Of a stretch of 64,000 nucleotides of DNA, positions 1 through 13,000 are shown one piece after another (the stretch's first letter is position 1; every line of letters begins with the position of its first letter). A program made the translations under genes and the position numbers. The notes beneath the pieces were generated by a model. It was not told the origin of the DNA and ran no database searches. It saw nothing but the letters and a program-made list of their open reading frames with translations. Origin of the DNA: Amphiscolops sp. MND2022 (lineage: Eukaryota); assembly GCA_964187785.1 (NCBI GenBank), contig OZ076409.1, positions 99,636,001-99,700,000 on the forward strand, in the 5' to 3' direction.

Positions 1-370
1 GAAATAGACCGATCAAACATGCCACCATGGCGAGACACAGTACAGGAACGTAGACGAGGAGGACGAAACCGCCAGAAAACAGACTTCTTTGGCCATAACG
101 TCATGGTGACCAAAATCGACGGGCCCCAAGGCGATGAACAAAAAGAATAAACCAGAAATCTTTAGCACAAGGGCTAACGAAATCAAGAAACTGGAAAAAC
201 AAAAAAAAAACTGAGAAAGCAGAAACGTATATTATTACCGGTATTCTCAAATACCTATTTGTGTTTAATTGTCAAGTATTACATGGCAAATTACATTTGA
301 GTTTGTACAGTATTTATATTATTTATTACAAGTTGTACACTAACATTAAACGGAGGGATGTGAGAGGGCA
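1..370 (+). mobile_element. 3' end of a Gypsy LTR retrotransposon (post-integrase tail, polypurine tract, LTR start)
   Basis: Encodes RRGRNRQKTDFFGHNVMVTKID, the same tail motif as other Gypsy fragments here (22212-22946 RRGNRNRPKTDFFGNNIMV). Purine tract aaacggaggga is followed by tgtgagag, as on the minus strand at ~22070. Confidence 0.6.
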
Positions 371-407
371 GTTAATTTAAAATGTCAATTTGCAAGTTGT
401 TATTAAA

Positions 408-1201
408 TAAGGTTGTACCGGAATCCGGTATCCGGTTTGAATATCCGGGTAATTTTAGAATATCCGGTATCCGGTTATCCGGTATCCGGTAAGAAAAAAA
501 TAGCCGGATACCGGATAGTAAAAAAAAAACATTTTTTATTGATAAATTTGTCTTTTAAAGAACAAAATTATACAATCAATTATTTTATGTTTTTTACAAA
601 ACCCAAATTATCATGTAAAAAAACCAATTTCTCAGACATTTCTGGCTTCAGACGATTTCTTCTCTGCGATAGAACGTTGCTGCATGTGGAGAATACCCGT
701 TCACTTCTGACCGATCCAGGTGGCGCTGATAGATATTTTTTGGCAGTAGCTTTCAGCAGAGGGAATCGGCTTTCTTGTTTCTTAATAGGTTATAGCCCGG
801 GATCACTAAAGAAATGGATGCACAATCACCAGACACATCCTTCGTAAATTGTTCACAGGGTTTAAGAACTTTGATAAGTTTCTCAAGAAGTACCCATTGA
901 TTACTTGTTAATTTTGGAATGTTGGAGTCAGCTGAATAGAGACTTAACGTTCTGTCCACATCCAGGCTGCAAGCACTTCGCCTTGTGGTCGGGCTCCGCC
1001 GAAAAAAAATTCCAGATGTTTCCCTTGCGTTTATCCATATCTTACTTCTGAAAAAAATCAGTCGTAAATACAAATAATACAAATAAATGAAGTTGCATTT
1101 AATTTATCCTGTTATCCGGTATCCGGTTAATATCCGGTAGAAAAATGCCCGGATTATCCGGTATCCGGAATCCGGTAAAATACAATCCGGTTACAACTCT
1201 A
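408..1201 (-). mobile_element. Internally deleted hAT (ZBED-like) DNA transposon
   Basis: Imperfect TIRs taaggttgtaccgg / ccggttacaactcta, subterminal tatccgg repeats at both ends, and a near-perfect 8-bp TSD (ttattaaa / ttaataaa). The minus strand encodes LTSNQWVLLEKLIKVLKPCEQFTKDVSG and the hAT C-terminal dimerisation motif KYLSAPPGSVRSERVFS...RNRLKPEMSEKLVFLHDN. Confidence 0.85.
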
Positions 1202-1502
1202 TTAATAAATACAAACTGTATCAAAAGAATAATCTCGAAGACCATTAACCACATGGTCTAATCTAGAATACAGTATTGCTTGCACTACATTGTTTTCATC
1301 TGAACATTGCCAGCTATAACACAGGCTTTTTGTCGGACGAAAGATATCATGGACATATTCCGTCCCTCTGACTTCTCATAGCAACGAAAAGTATTTCAAA
1401 GGTGAAATTAATCATGAATAATTTTGGTCCCAATGTTATTTGCACTTAAATGAAAATACTGATTCTTCCAAGTGATCGTTAAATAGGGCTAAGCTAATCA
1501 GA

Positions 1503-1792
1503 ATGCAAGAAAGCGAGAAAAGATTGAATACGAAAGTATTAACCGTTCACGAGCCTGTGCACAATTTGAGTCAAAGTGAACAAGTTGCCAAATTACCAGA
1601 AAGCAAATTAATGGCGTGTCGAAACGATTTGGCAAATTCTAGAATTAGCCGGTTCTATGTCCAGGCCAATTACGAAGCGGATAAAACTATCCAAAAGGTA
1701 ATAAAGCTTGTTAAAGAGCGAAACGCGACTGTAGTTTCCCGTCTTCCCCCTCCCTGGAGGGAAAAATTTAACGCATTCAGCATCGACATTCA
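1503..1792 (+). mobile_element. Gypsy pol fragment (RNase H-integrase linker) truncated at an R1 block
   Basis: VSRLPPPWREKFN motif shared with the Gypsy integrase-linked ORFs at 6498-7034 and 23405-23917. Confidence 0.75.
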
Positions 1793-2160
1793 GGTAGTTG
1801 TTTTCTTACAGTTTAAGATATGTATATGGTTTCCACGACACATGTATAATGATATGGTCCTACTTTCCACAGTCGCTTTCGTGGCCATCGAACAGTGAAT
1901 GCTATTTTGGTGGAATCCAGGACAATATGCTCAAATTGGTGGAAACCAGGACAATACAGTCAGATTTAAATATTGACGTACTACCCCCTTTGGTAGTTGT
2001 TTTCTTACAGTTTAAGATTAGTATGCGGTTTCCACGACACATGTATAACGATATGGTGCTACTTTCCACAGTCGTTTTAGTACCATTCAAGAACTAGCTC
2101 ATTCGTGAAATGCTTTCGAAAAATGGCAGTTGATGAAAATCTGCCATATTTTGACAAAAA
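1793..2160 (+). repeat. R1 repeat block 1 (199-bp unit, ~1.5 copies plus conserved tail)
   Basis: Unit attgacgtactaccccctttggtagttg...ttccacagtcgctttcgtggccatcgaacagtg...cagtcagatttaaat recurs throughout 1.8-40.3 kb. Confidence 0.95.
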
Positions 2161-2229
2161 GACAATTATGAACAAATGCCATTTTACATCAAATTGCCTT
2201 GCCAACTTGTTTTCAATGTTTTGTTTTAA

Positions 2230-2795
2230 TTAGACTAGGACATCGTTAGCCAAATTTACTGGCTCTAGCTCTACTTTTTTGTCCACGAGTCTTTGTGCAA
2301 TATATAATTCATCTTCCTCTCTCTGCGCGTTTCTCGGTCTACGGTAACTCAAACAATTTAGAGCTTTGCATCGAAAATGACTGTATATGAATAAAATTAA
2401 TTGATCATCTAAATACAAAAATATATATGAAAAGAACAAATCAACAAGTTTCTTCTGTTGAAGCAGTAGTGAAAGAGTGGCTCGAGAGGGCTTATAATTT
2501 CTTCTTTGGATTTCTGCTGTACTGGATTTGATTTCAGGGGTACTGGTTGTGTTTAGACTCTATACTATAGCTGAGCCCTAAAAGGCTTGACGTGAAGATT
2601 ATTGTTCGGTCTCCAGATGTCATCGAAAATGATCTCTTCATCGTACGTGTTTTTTTGGGTAACTTCGTACTTTGTTTTCCCGTTGGGGTAGAACACTTGG
2701 CAGTAGTAGCAAAACCCAACTTTGCGTGGGGCATGCGACTTTCCAGGTAATTTGTTAACTCCGTTTTCGCCATTTTGTGAGATGACTTTATCCAT
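2230..2795 (-). CDS. Cassette A copy 1, small hypothetical spliced gene (frame uncertain)
   Basis: Near-identical to 8539-9092 and 15470-16023. Contains ORF MDKVISQ...FCYYCQVFY and a downstream exon-like segment HFRCKALNCLSYRRPRNAQREEDELY after a tacag acceptor. No family recognised. Confidence 0.35.
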
Positions 2796-3334
2796 TGAAG
2801 CAAGAAGCGAAAATGAGTACAGATGTATGAATTGTGGAGAGAGACTGGGTGCAGAAGAGGGTTTGCGGAGAGACCGAGTACAGATGACCTGGTAAGAGAG
2901 GCTGATTGATGGCAGAACGAGAGACTGAATGATGACAAAAAAGAATAGAGACTGGATCGTTTGAGTTTGTTTGGCAAGAATGAAAGAAATGTAATTGAAA
3001 GCCAAACTTTTTGGTTAACCCTTATTGGTTGAAATACTGCTTTGATGTCAGAATAAAGTTAGATTAAAGTGTTTGGTTCTAATTATTTAATTGTAAATGG
3101 CTTTTACCATGGCGTCTTTTTCAAAGGTAATTGTATTTCGTCATTAATTGCGCAAAATGCCCCCTCCCCAAGCGACCGCAGGGGAAAATAAGACACAAGG
3201 TTTAAATCTGACTGTATTGTAGTACGTCAAAATTTAAAATCTATAATGCCGTCCTATGGTCAAGGAAAAATTTCTCAATGTTTGAATGGCGTTTTCGAAT
3301 AACATGGCGTTTAATATTATCTAGCTTGTCATCA

Positions 3335-3722
3335 AAATCTGGCAGATTTTGATAAACTGCCATTTTCGTAGTATCACATTCAACGAATGAGCTAAAACGA
3401 CTGTGGAAAGTAAGACCCTAACTTTATACATGTGTCGTGGAAACCGCATACTAATCTTAATCTGTGAGAAAACAACTACCAAAGGGGGTAGTACGTCAAT
3501 ATTTAAATCTGACTGTATTGTCCTGGTTTCCACCAACTTGAGCATATTGTCCTGGATTCCACCAAAATAGCATTCACTGTTCGATGGCCACGAAAGCGAC
3601 TGTGGAAAGTAGGACCATATCATTATACATGTGTCGTGGAAACCATATACATATCTTAAACTGTACGAAAACAACTACCAAAGGGGGTGGTAGTACGTCA
3701 AAAATTAAATCTGACTGTATTG
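3335..3722 (-). repeat. R1 repeat block 2 (inverted relative to block 1)
   Basis: Reverse complement of the R1 unit. With block 1 it brackets cassette A as an inverted repeat. Confidence 0.95.
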
Positions 3723-4245
3723 ACAGTTGACCATTCAACAATGATGGTTGAAATTTCAAACAAAAACCATTGTTTTTTTGCAAAAAGTCAAGAAACATTT
3801 GTTTCTACCAAATTGAACCATTTCGAGTTGTTTTGGAGATATGAGACTGCGAAATTAGCCTTTTTGAGACCCGATGGAGGCCACGTTCTTGCCGTGGGTC
3901 TTGTCAAGTGTCAACCAATCTCTGTGAACTTTGTTCATAGGTGAATGTCGTGTCCGACATTTTCCCATGTTATTTTCAACATGCGTCAAATTTTCAAGTC
4001 ACTGACAGCGTAGTTCTTATATGAAATAAAAACAGTCGTAATGAATACTGAAAAAAGACTCACTTTAGATTTACATCAAAACCATTCATTGCAAAATGAT
4101 TTGATTGGTTACCAGTGGACCAATAAAGTAATACACAATCTACATAAGGATAACTTCAACTAAAATTGCACATGTATGTAGAATAACACTGTAGTTTACA
4201 TGTACGTTAACAATGTGTTTGTTTCAGGTTTTTAGGTTTCTTCGT

Positions 4246-7240
4246 CTATTTTTCTTCGGCAACATCATCTCGATCAATTGTCTTCATGAAATTGTGGCCC
4301 AACCAGTCGGGCTTCTTGGTTTTGCGTGCAGATTTACGGGTTGTCGGGTTCTTGTGGCTGATCTCCCATTCCACATTCGCCTTTAGTGGGGATGTCTTTG
4401 TTTCTTCATGCGCAGACTCAAGTATAGCGGTGTTCTCTCGATGTGCATGTTCCGCTTGCTTTTCGGCTTTTCCGCTTTGCTCGTTGTTATCCAACCACCA
4501 ACTGCATCCGGGTGCTCCCATTTCTTCGCTACTTGACGGATCTGGTACAATCGTTGCCCTCTTTTGACCTGGCACTTTTGCTTGTTTTGGCTTTGTGTCC
4601 GATTGTGGCGATTTGGGCTTCTTGGTCTTGCGTGCAGATTTTTGGGTTGTCGGGTTCTTGTGGCTGATCTCCCATTCCACATTCGCCTTTAGTGGGGATG
4701 TGTTTGTTTCTTCATGCGCAGACTCAAGTATAGCGGTGTTCTCTCGATGTGCATGTTCCGCTTGCTTTTCGGCTTTTCCGCTTTGCTCGTTGTTATCCAA
4801 CCACCAACTGCATCCGGGTGCTCCCATTTCTTCGCTACTTGACGGATCTGGTACAATCGTTGCCCTCTTTTGACCTGGCACTTTTGCTTGTTTTGGCTTT
4901 GTGTCCGATTGTGGTGATTTGGGCTTCTTGGTCTTGCGTGCAGATTTTTGGGTTGTCGGGTTCTTGTGGCTGATCTCCCATTCCACATTCGCCTTTAGTG
5001 GGGATGTCTTTGTTTCTTCATGCGCAGACTCAAGTATAGCGGTGTTCTCTCGATGTGCATGTTCCGCTTGCTTTTCGGCTTTTCCGCTTTGCTCGTTGTT
5101 ATCCAACCACCAACTGCATCCGGGTGCTCCCATTTCTTCGCTACTTGACGGATCTGGTACAATCGTTGCCCTCTTTTGACCTGGCACTTTTGCTTGTTTT
5201 GGCTTTGTGTCCGATTGTGGCGATTTGGGCTTCTTGGTCTTGCGTGCAGATTTTTGGGTTGTCGGGTTCTTGTGGCTGATCTCCCATTCCACATTCGCCT
5301 TTAGTGGGGATGTGTTTGTTTCTTCATGCGCAGACTCAAGTATAGCGGTGTTCTCTCGATGTGCATGTTCCGCTTGCTTTTCGGCTTTTCCGCTTTGCTC
5401 GTTGTTATCCAACCACCAACTGCATCCGGGTGCTCCCATTTCTTCGCTACTTGACGGATCTGGTACAATCGTTGCCCTCTTTTGACCTGGCACTTTTGCT
5501 TGTTTTGGCTTTGTGTCCGATTGTGGCGATTTGGGCTTCTTGGTCTTGCGTGCAGATTTTTGGGTTGTCGGGTTCTTGTGGCTGATCTCCCATTCCACAT
5601 TCGCCTTTAGTGGGGATGTCTTTGTTTCTTCATGCGCAGACTCAAGTATAGCGGTGTTCTCTCGATGTGCATGTTCCGCTTGCTTTTCGGCTTTTCCGCT
5701 TTGCTCGTTGTTATCCAACCACCAACTGCATCCGGGTGCTCCCATTTCTTCGCTACTTGACGGATCTGGTACAATTGTTGCCCTCTTTTGACTTGGCACT
5801 TTTGCTTGTTTTGGCTCTTTGTCCGATTGTGGCGATTTGGTCAGTTTGGATCTCTGTAGGGCCACATCCCTCTTCGAATAGATCACTGTCGTTCCCTTCT
5901 TGGGCAAAATTGAGATGGAAGGGCTCGCCTCGCCAATAATTTTCCCTTTCTTCTTTTTGTAGGCGCCTTCTAAGTTTGACCCGCGCACTCGCTCTCTGAC
6001 CAGAATGGTCGAATCCACTTCTTCGCTGAAGTCCGCTGGGCTCAATTCAATTTTCGGGTCGGCTTCTGAAATGAATTTTTCAACATAACTCTCTTTATTG
6101 TATTAGGTTTTCTGTTCAAATGCCGTTCAAAGGCCGATTTCCCATCTGCGCCTTATTGGTTTCTTAGTGCAAATAAAATCCTGGACAGTCCTAAATTATC
6201 CCTTGTTAAAACTGTATCTTTGTCTATTCTCAACCAGTTATGGTTCATTTATATTTCTAATCATCCTTTCGACTTTTCCGTTCACGCGGTGGTCTCGGGC
6301 ACACTACTTGTTCAATGCAAAACTCCTTACAAAATTGGTTACATTTCTGACTTTTGAGCACAGTGCCAGGATCGATTCGAATTCTACGCGGATTCTGTTT
6401 TTTGAAATATACTCATTCAGAAATTCGACTACCCTGTGTGCCGTTGTATCCGGTAGGAACATGGAATCTGGACATCCAGTATTATTATCGACGGAGACTA
6501 CGGGTAGTATGTTGTTCTTTTTGTTTTTAGCCCTGCGAAATCTAGTGAGATTTTTGCATTAGGTACTTCCGGATTTGTCAATTTCCAAAACCCATTTTGA
6601 GATTGTAAACATTTTAAATTTTTACCTGATTGGCTACATTGCTGGCAATTTTTCGCTTTTTCGACAATTTCGCGGTGGATACGCGGCCACCAAACATCGG
6701 CTGCTTCACGAAGCATAGCGTCCCTGCCTGCGTGTCCGAAATGTATGGCACTGAGCATGTTATCTCTCATGTCTTTTGGAATGACCAATCTTTCCTCCAT
6801 GTATAATAACCCATTATTGTCTAAACTGAGCGAATTGAACTTTTCTCGCCATGGAGGGGGTAGTCTTGAAATTTGTGTTGCATTGCGTTCCTTCAGTAGT
6901 CCGATAATTTTTTGTAAGGTTCTGTCCTTGTCGTAATTAGCTCTGACGTATACTTTGCTAATTCGTGAAGAACTCAAATCTCGGTCACTTTCATTGAAGT
7001 TATCCATTTCTATCGGATTGGCGTAAGAATTCAATTTGCCGTTTTGGTCAAACTTTGAACGCTGATTAATTTTGTCAAAATGTTTACACTCTCGTCACAT
7101 ACGTGTACATGTACTTTACGCTTTGTGCTGTGTAGCTGTCACACGTTTTGATTAGTCCGTTTCGTTTCGTCAATAACGTTTGTTCTTTCCCTTTTGTGAA
7201 TTCTTCTGCGTCTATGGTGAACCAACATTTAAACGGTGAA
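4246..7240 (-). mobile_element. Degenerate Gypsy integrase and C-terminal tail
   Basis: Integrase zinc finger H-x6-H...C-x2-C (IHFGHAGRDAML...WWPRIHREI...CQQC), then ISLDFAG, a frameshifted core, and the tail ORF 4246-6045. Confidence 0.85.
4305..5838. repeat. 306-bp tandem repeat, ~5 near-identical copies, in frame (102 aa) within the Gypsy tail ORF
   Basis: Shadow ORFs recur at an exact 306-bp offset (4595, 4901, 5207, 5513). Confidence 0.97.
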
Positions 7241-7242
7241 TT

Positions 7243-7536
7243 CCCAAATAACATAAGAGCAAATAACATGAAAACAAAATACCTTTCAAATAACATAAAA
7301 ATGAAATGGTTTACTAAACATAAAAATAAAATTGTTTAGGAGAAAGTTTCAGCTGTCAAAAGCATTCGCAATTCAAAAGATTCACTGAAAAAAGTGTGGA
7401 AATTACAGATAAAATTTTCTGATTTCGAATATTTAACCGGGTATTCGGTTTTATTTTTATGTTATCTGAAACTAATTTCAGTTTTATGTTATTTGACACT
7501 AATTTTGTTTTAATGTTATTTGCACTTGTTATTTGG
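7243..7536. mobile_element. MITE-like element with inverted aataaca-rich termini
   Basis: Left ccaaataacataagagcaaataacatgaaaacaaaa matches the reverse complement of right ttttgttttaatgttatttgcacttgttatttgg. Confidence 0.6.
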
Positions 7537-7597
7537 TACGTAATCAGCCTTTAAACATCTCCCCTGATTTTAAAGATGCATTCAAAATTAGGCAAAA

Positions 7598-8005
7598 TTT
7601 CCATGACACTAATACGGTATTTCAAAATTTACATATTGACGTACTACCCCCTTTGGTAGTTGTTTTCGTACAGTTTAAGATATGTATATGGTTTCCACGA
7701 CACATGTATAATGATATGGTCCTACTTTCCACAGTCGCTTTCGTGGCCATCGAACAGTGAATGCTATTTTGGTGGAATCCAAGACAATATGCTCAAAATG
7801 GTGGAAACCAGGACAATACAGTCAGATTTAAATATTGACGTACTACCCCCTTTGGTAGTTGTTTTCTTACAGTTTAAGATTAGTATGCGGTTTCCACGAC
7901 ACATGTATAAAGTTAGGGTCTTACTTTCCACAGTCGTTTTAGCTCATTCGTTGAATGTGATACTACGAAAATGGCAGTTTATCAAAATCTGCCAGATTTT
8001 GATGA
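7598..8005 (+). repeat. R1 repeat block 3
   Basis: About 1.5 R1 units plus the flanking ttccatgacactaatacgg motif and the tggcag...ctgcca hairpin. Confidence 0.95.
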
Positions 8006-8538
8006 CAAGCTAGATAATATTAAACGCCATGTTATTCGAAAACGCCATTCAAACATTGAGAAATTTTTCCTTGACCATAGGACGGCATAATGGATTTTAA
8101 ATTTTGACGTACTACAATACAGTCAGAATTAAACCTTGTGTCTTATTTTCCCCTGCGGTCGCTTGGGGAGGGGGCATTTTGCGCAATTAATGACGAAATA
8201 CATTTACCTTTGAAAAAGACGGCATGGTAAAAGCCATTTACAATTAAATAATTAGAACCAAACACTTTAATCTAACTTTATTCTGACATCAAAGCTGTAT
8301 TTCAACCAATAAGGGTTAACCAAAAAGTTTGGCTTTCAATTACATTTCTTTCATTCTTGCCAAACAAACTCAAACGATCCAGTCTCTATTCTTTTTTGTC
8401 ATCATTCAGTCTCTTGTTCTGCCATCAATCAGCCTCTCTTACCAGGTCATCTGTACTCGGTTTCTCCGCAAACCCTCTTCTGCACCCAGTCTCTCTCCAC
8501 AATTCATACATCTGTACTCATTTTTGCTTCTTGCTTCA

Positions 8539-9092
8539 ATGGATAAAGTCATCTCACAAAATGGCGAAAACGGAGTTAACAAATTACCTGGAAAATCGCA
8601 TGCCCCACGCAAAGTTGGGTTTTGCTACTACTGCCAAGTGTTCTACCCCAACGGGAAAACAAAGTACGAAGTTACCCAAAAAAACACGTACGATGAAGAG
8701 ATCATTTTTGATGACATCTGGAGACCGAACAATAATCTTCACGTCAAGCCTTTTAGGGCTCAGCTCTAAACACAACCAGTACCCCTGAAATCAAATCCAG
8801 TACAGCAGAAATCCAAAGAAGAAATTAAAAGCCCTCTCGAGCCACTCTTTCACTACTGCTTCAACAGAAGAAACTTGTTGATTTGTTCTTTTCATATATA
8901 TTTTTGTATTTAGATGATCAATTAATTTTATTCATATACAGTCATTTTCGATGCAAAGCTCTAAATTGTTTGAGTTACCGTAGACCGAGAAACGCGCAGA
9001 GAGAGGAAGATGAATTATATATTGCACAAATATTCGTGGACAAAAAAGTAAAGCTAGAGCCAGTAAATTTGGCTAACGAAGTCCTAGTCTAA
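8539..9092 (+). CDS. Cassette A copy 2, hypothetical small gene
   Basis: Near-identical to copies 1 and 3; opposite orientation to copy 1. Confidence 0.35.
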
Positions 9093-9169
9093 TTAAAACA
9101 AAACATTGAAAACAAGTTGGCAAGGCATTTTGATGTAAAATGGCATTTGTTCATAATTGTCTTTTTGTC

Positions 9170-9752
9170 AAAATATGGCAGATTTTTATCAACTGCCATT
9201 TTTCGAAAGCATTTCACGAATGAGCTAGTTCTTGAATGGTCCTAAAACGATTGTGGAAAGTAAGACCATATCGTTATACATGTGTCGTGGAAACCGCATA
9301 CTAATCTTAAACTGTAAGAAAACAACTACCAAAGGGGGTAGTACGTCAATATTTAAATCTGACTGTAATGTCCTGGTTTCCACCATTTTGAGCATATTGT
9401 CTTGGATTCCACCAAAATAGCATTCACTGTTCGATGGCCACGAAAGCGACTGTGGAAAGTAAGACCATATCGTTATACATGTGTCATGGAAACCGCATAC
9501 TATTCTTAAACTGTAAGAAAACAACTACCAAAGGGGGTAGTACGTCAATATTTAAATCTGACTGTATTTTCCTGGTTTCCACCATTTTGAGCATATTGTC
9601 TTGGATTCCACCAAAATAGCATTCACTGTTCGATGGCCACGAAAGCGACTGTGGAAAGTAGGACCATATCATTATACATGTGTCGTGGAAACCATATACA
9701 TATCTTAAACTGTACGAAAACAACTACCAAAGGGGGTAGTACGTCAATATGT
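9170..9752 (-). repeat. R1 repeat block 4 (~2.5 tandem units)
   Basis: Shadow ORFs ending at 9524 and 9723 show the 199-bp period. Confidence 0.95.
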
Positions 9753-10087
9753 AAAAGTATGTAACAGTATGTATTTAAAAAACCAAGGAAGGAGCCAAAA
9801 TCTCCAGATTACCTGCGCCTTGGCGTGAGAAATTTAACTCGTTTAGTGTCGATACTAGAAATTACCTTTACATGGATGAACGGTTGGTTATCCTGTTAAC
9901 TCGGAGAAGATATGGTAAGAAAGATGAATTAAAAGTAATACAAACACAATCGTTAATGTATGAACTATTCACTATCTGTATCATAGAGTTCGACTTCAAC
10001 TAATGTTCATACTGTAAAGTTCTTCATCGTAGACATTGGCAGGTACTATGAACTAATTAGTTCATCTTTTTAGTGACGTCTACTTCT

Positions 10088-13000
10088 CATTCCCCCCTTT
10101 GTAAATCAGGGAAACCATTGTTGAGCTTCTGTGGGTTCCCACTTGACTTTGGCATCGGCTGTTGGGTTTTCCTTTTTGATTTTCGGAAAGGGTTGTCGCA
10201 GGAATCGTTGTAGTGGGCTGGAGAACTCTAAACGACTTAACCAATTAGAAATACTCTACCCCTCCTAACTTTACAGTTCGTTTAGCGCCTTTTATTCTAC
10301 TTGATCTACGAAGGTCAGGTGACTCTGTTTGCGTTTTATGGTTTTCTAATTCCTTTTTGTCTACTATTTTTAAAGTTGCCTCTTTTAGGGTTTGTTTTCC
10401 CTTTCTTCGAAGTGGCGTCGGTATTCGCAGTGGCCCGTATTGGCGTCTGCTGTTCGCCTTCCGGTTGTTTCGGTTGTGCGCCGTAACTGGTGCTACATTG
10501 TACCGGCGTAGACGGTGGCGGTGTGCGTATCTCGGGTGTGGTTTCTTCTTCGGGCCGTAGTGTTTCCGCTGTGACGGTAGTGTTACTTGCTTGCGGTCCC
10601 TGTTCTTCCGTTGATTTGTCTTGTCCGTTGCTTGTTTCTATGACATCGCCGTAGGTCGATCTTTTCTCTGGCATTGTTGGAAGGGTGTAGCTGCATCCCG
10701 GTTCATCGGTGGTACCGTATACTCGTTTGTGGGTATCGCAGTACTTTCCTGGGCTAAATTTTCCGCATCTGGCACAGCGGTTTGTGGCTTTCCTCTTTTC
10801 CTCTGACTTTTTCGGCAGCTGAAATTTTATCGGTTTCGAAGCTAATTTTTTATGAATTATTTTTCCGTCTGATGTTGTTATAGTGTGTTTGGTTTCATTC
10901 ACGGCTGTCAGTATCTTGTTGGTTTTAAATTTGCATTTCATTGCGTTTGGTTTGTTTTCTTTTTCAAAAAATTGGTACTGTTTAAATTCCTTGCTTACCG
11001 ATCTGTTTCTTTTCTTCGAGTCGTTAAGAATCAGATAGTCTGCCATTTCTCCCTCTGAGTCGTTGATTGTAAACATCTGTAGCTCAGTGGGTTGTGCTGA
11101 AACGTAATTGGTCAGTGTCTTTTTCCAATTGGATAGAAGACATTCTGATCGGCCGATTAGACTGGTTATTGCCGTGCGTGGCTTACGTCCGTAGTGCATT
11201 TGGAATGGCGTCATATTCAACTTACTATGCGGAGTTTGTCTAATTGTTTTGATTGCCAATTTAACACCTTCTTCAAATGTTAGGCCGTCTGCCATATTAG
11301 CTCTAGTTAATGACTTAATTGTCCGTATCGTTCTTTCTACATGTAGATTCGGTGTACATCTAATGCGTTTTATATTTTCTTGGTTACAAAATTCTTTGAA
11401 TTCGTTACTTTTAAAACAACTACCGTTGTCGGTGCGTACGCTCCGTGGTGTCCCGTTATCTGAACAGTATTCCGTTAAAAATTTTAAAACTGTCCGTGTG
11501 TCGGTGTTTTTACAAATTTTGGCGGTGGGCCATTTGCTAAAACGGTCGACTGCGACTAAAATATATACATCGCCGCGAGTCTTTGATTTTATTGGACCGG
11601 CAAAGTCCAATTGTATTTCTTGATTCGGTTCGGACAAAATTTCTAAATAGTTTTTCTCCGTTGACGGTAATTGCGTTGTTAAATTCTTACCTGACGACCT
11701 GCAGCTGGGACAGTTTTCCGCTTTTTCCTTTATCTCCCGATAGAGGCCTGGCCACCAGAAGGCTGTGGATAATTGCTCCATCTTTGTGGCCGATGGGTGT
11801 CCTTGATGGAGCATGGCGATGATTGTGCTTCTCATTGCTTCGGGTATAACGATCTTGTCGTTATAGAAGAGTAGGCCGAATCGGGTTGTCAGGTGATGTC
11901 TGTGTGGCCGATAGGGATAAAAGATCCCCTCAATCTGGTTCTTTTCGACGGCAGTGATAGCATTCAAGATTTTTGTGTCTCTCGCCGTTTCTTCTACTAA
12001 CATCGGCAAGTCAAGTGCAAAATCTTTTTCGACTTTCTTGATGGTTTCCTCTGTCCGCTCATTGTGTTCGTCGTCTAGGTTGTTCGTCTTTACAGTTTGT
12101 TTCAGTCGGATTAGGTTTATTGTTTCGTGTTTCCGAAACTTTTTGATGGCGTTTGTGGGACATTTTTCTTGTGTGACATTGCTCGTTTGGCTTTCAGTGT
12201 CGGATGATTGTGCTATCCACGATTCATAATTGTTCTGTTGGAACTCTTTCAGTGGCGTCGTACCCAGCGTATCGCAAAAACTGAAGAATCTGTTGTATAT
12301 TTGTACATTTAATTCAACAATTCTTTTTCGTACTTGCTGTGAGGGTCGGTATTCTTGAAGTCTTTCGTTGTCTGTCCCTTTTCCCACGATTCTCAATTTT
12401 TCGGGTTTCAGTAGTCTCTTTCTCTCTGTCCAGAGTCTGAAGGTGTCTGGTGAATGCCCTCTTTTCTTGAATATGAAGTGCATGTCAATTCCGTTTATTT
12501 TGTCCATATTGGATGGCTTTACTGATCTATTTGAAGAATTCACGGATGCGATTTGATTAACACCGTTCAGTGGTATCGAAGTTTCGAGCAATTGAGTTTG
12601 TCTATTTTGTTGACGCTTACATGTGCCGTGTTGTGATTGGTCGATTTTTTGTCTCGGCTTTGTTCGTTCTGTGAATCGTTTTATGCTTACGTTCGTTTGA
12701 ATGAAATCGAATAAGCCGTGTATTTGGTTTATTACGAACTCTTCTTCGGATTCCGTTTCGTTTTGACCGTTAAAGTTATTCTCCGCTGCGCTTTCATCGG
12801 TGTTTACGATCGGGTGTCGGCTTAAGTAGTCCGTCAATGGGATGTTTTTACCGGCGGTATATTGAACATTTACATCGAAGTGGCTTAATCTGTCTAACCA
12901 CCGTGTTAACCTGGCGCTGTACTGTTTGTGCACCCTGTTCCGTTTTAGCAACGGTTGTAGGACAGGTTATTCTTGGACAGGTTATTGATGAACTTCTGTA

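Noticed and set aside
4286..5939. Multiple 74-99 aa ORFs in the 306-bp array
   Set aside because: Alternate-frame and antisense shadows of the Gypsy tail repeat.
7728..7770. Canonical V(D)J recombination signal sequences in R1 (cacagtc, cactgtt)
   Set aside because: Heptamer-like only; no ACAAAAACC-like nonamer at 12 or 23 bp, and no RAG2-like kelch/PHD gene is seen. Kept only as a weak hypothesis.
9355..9460. Hammerhead ribozyme in R1 (ctga...cgaaa)
   Set aside because: The core would need CUGANGA; the sequence is ctgactgt, and I could not build the three stems.
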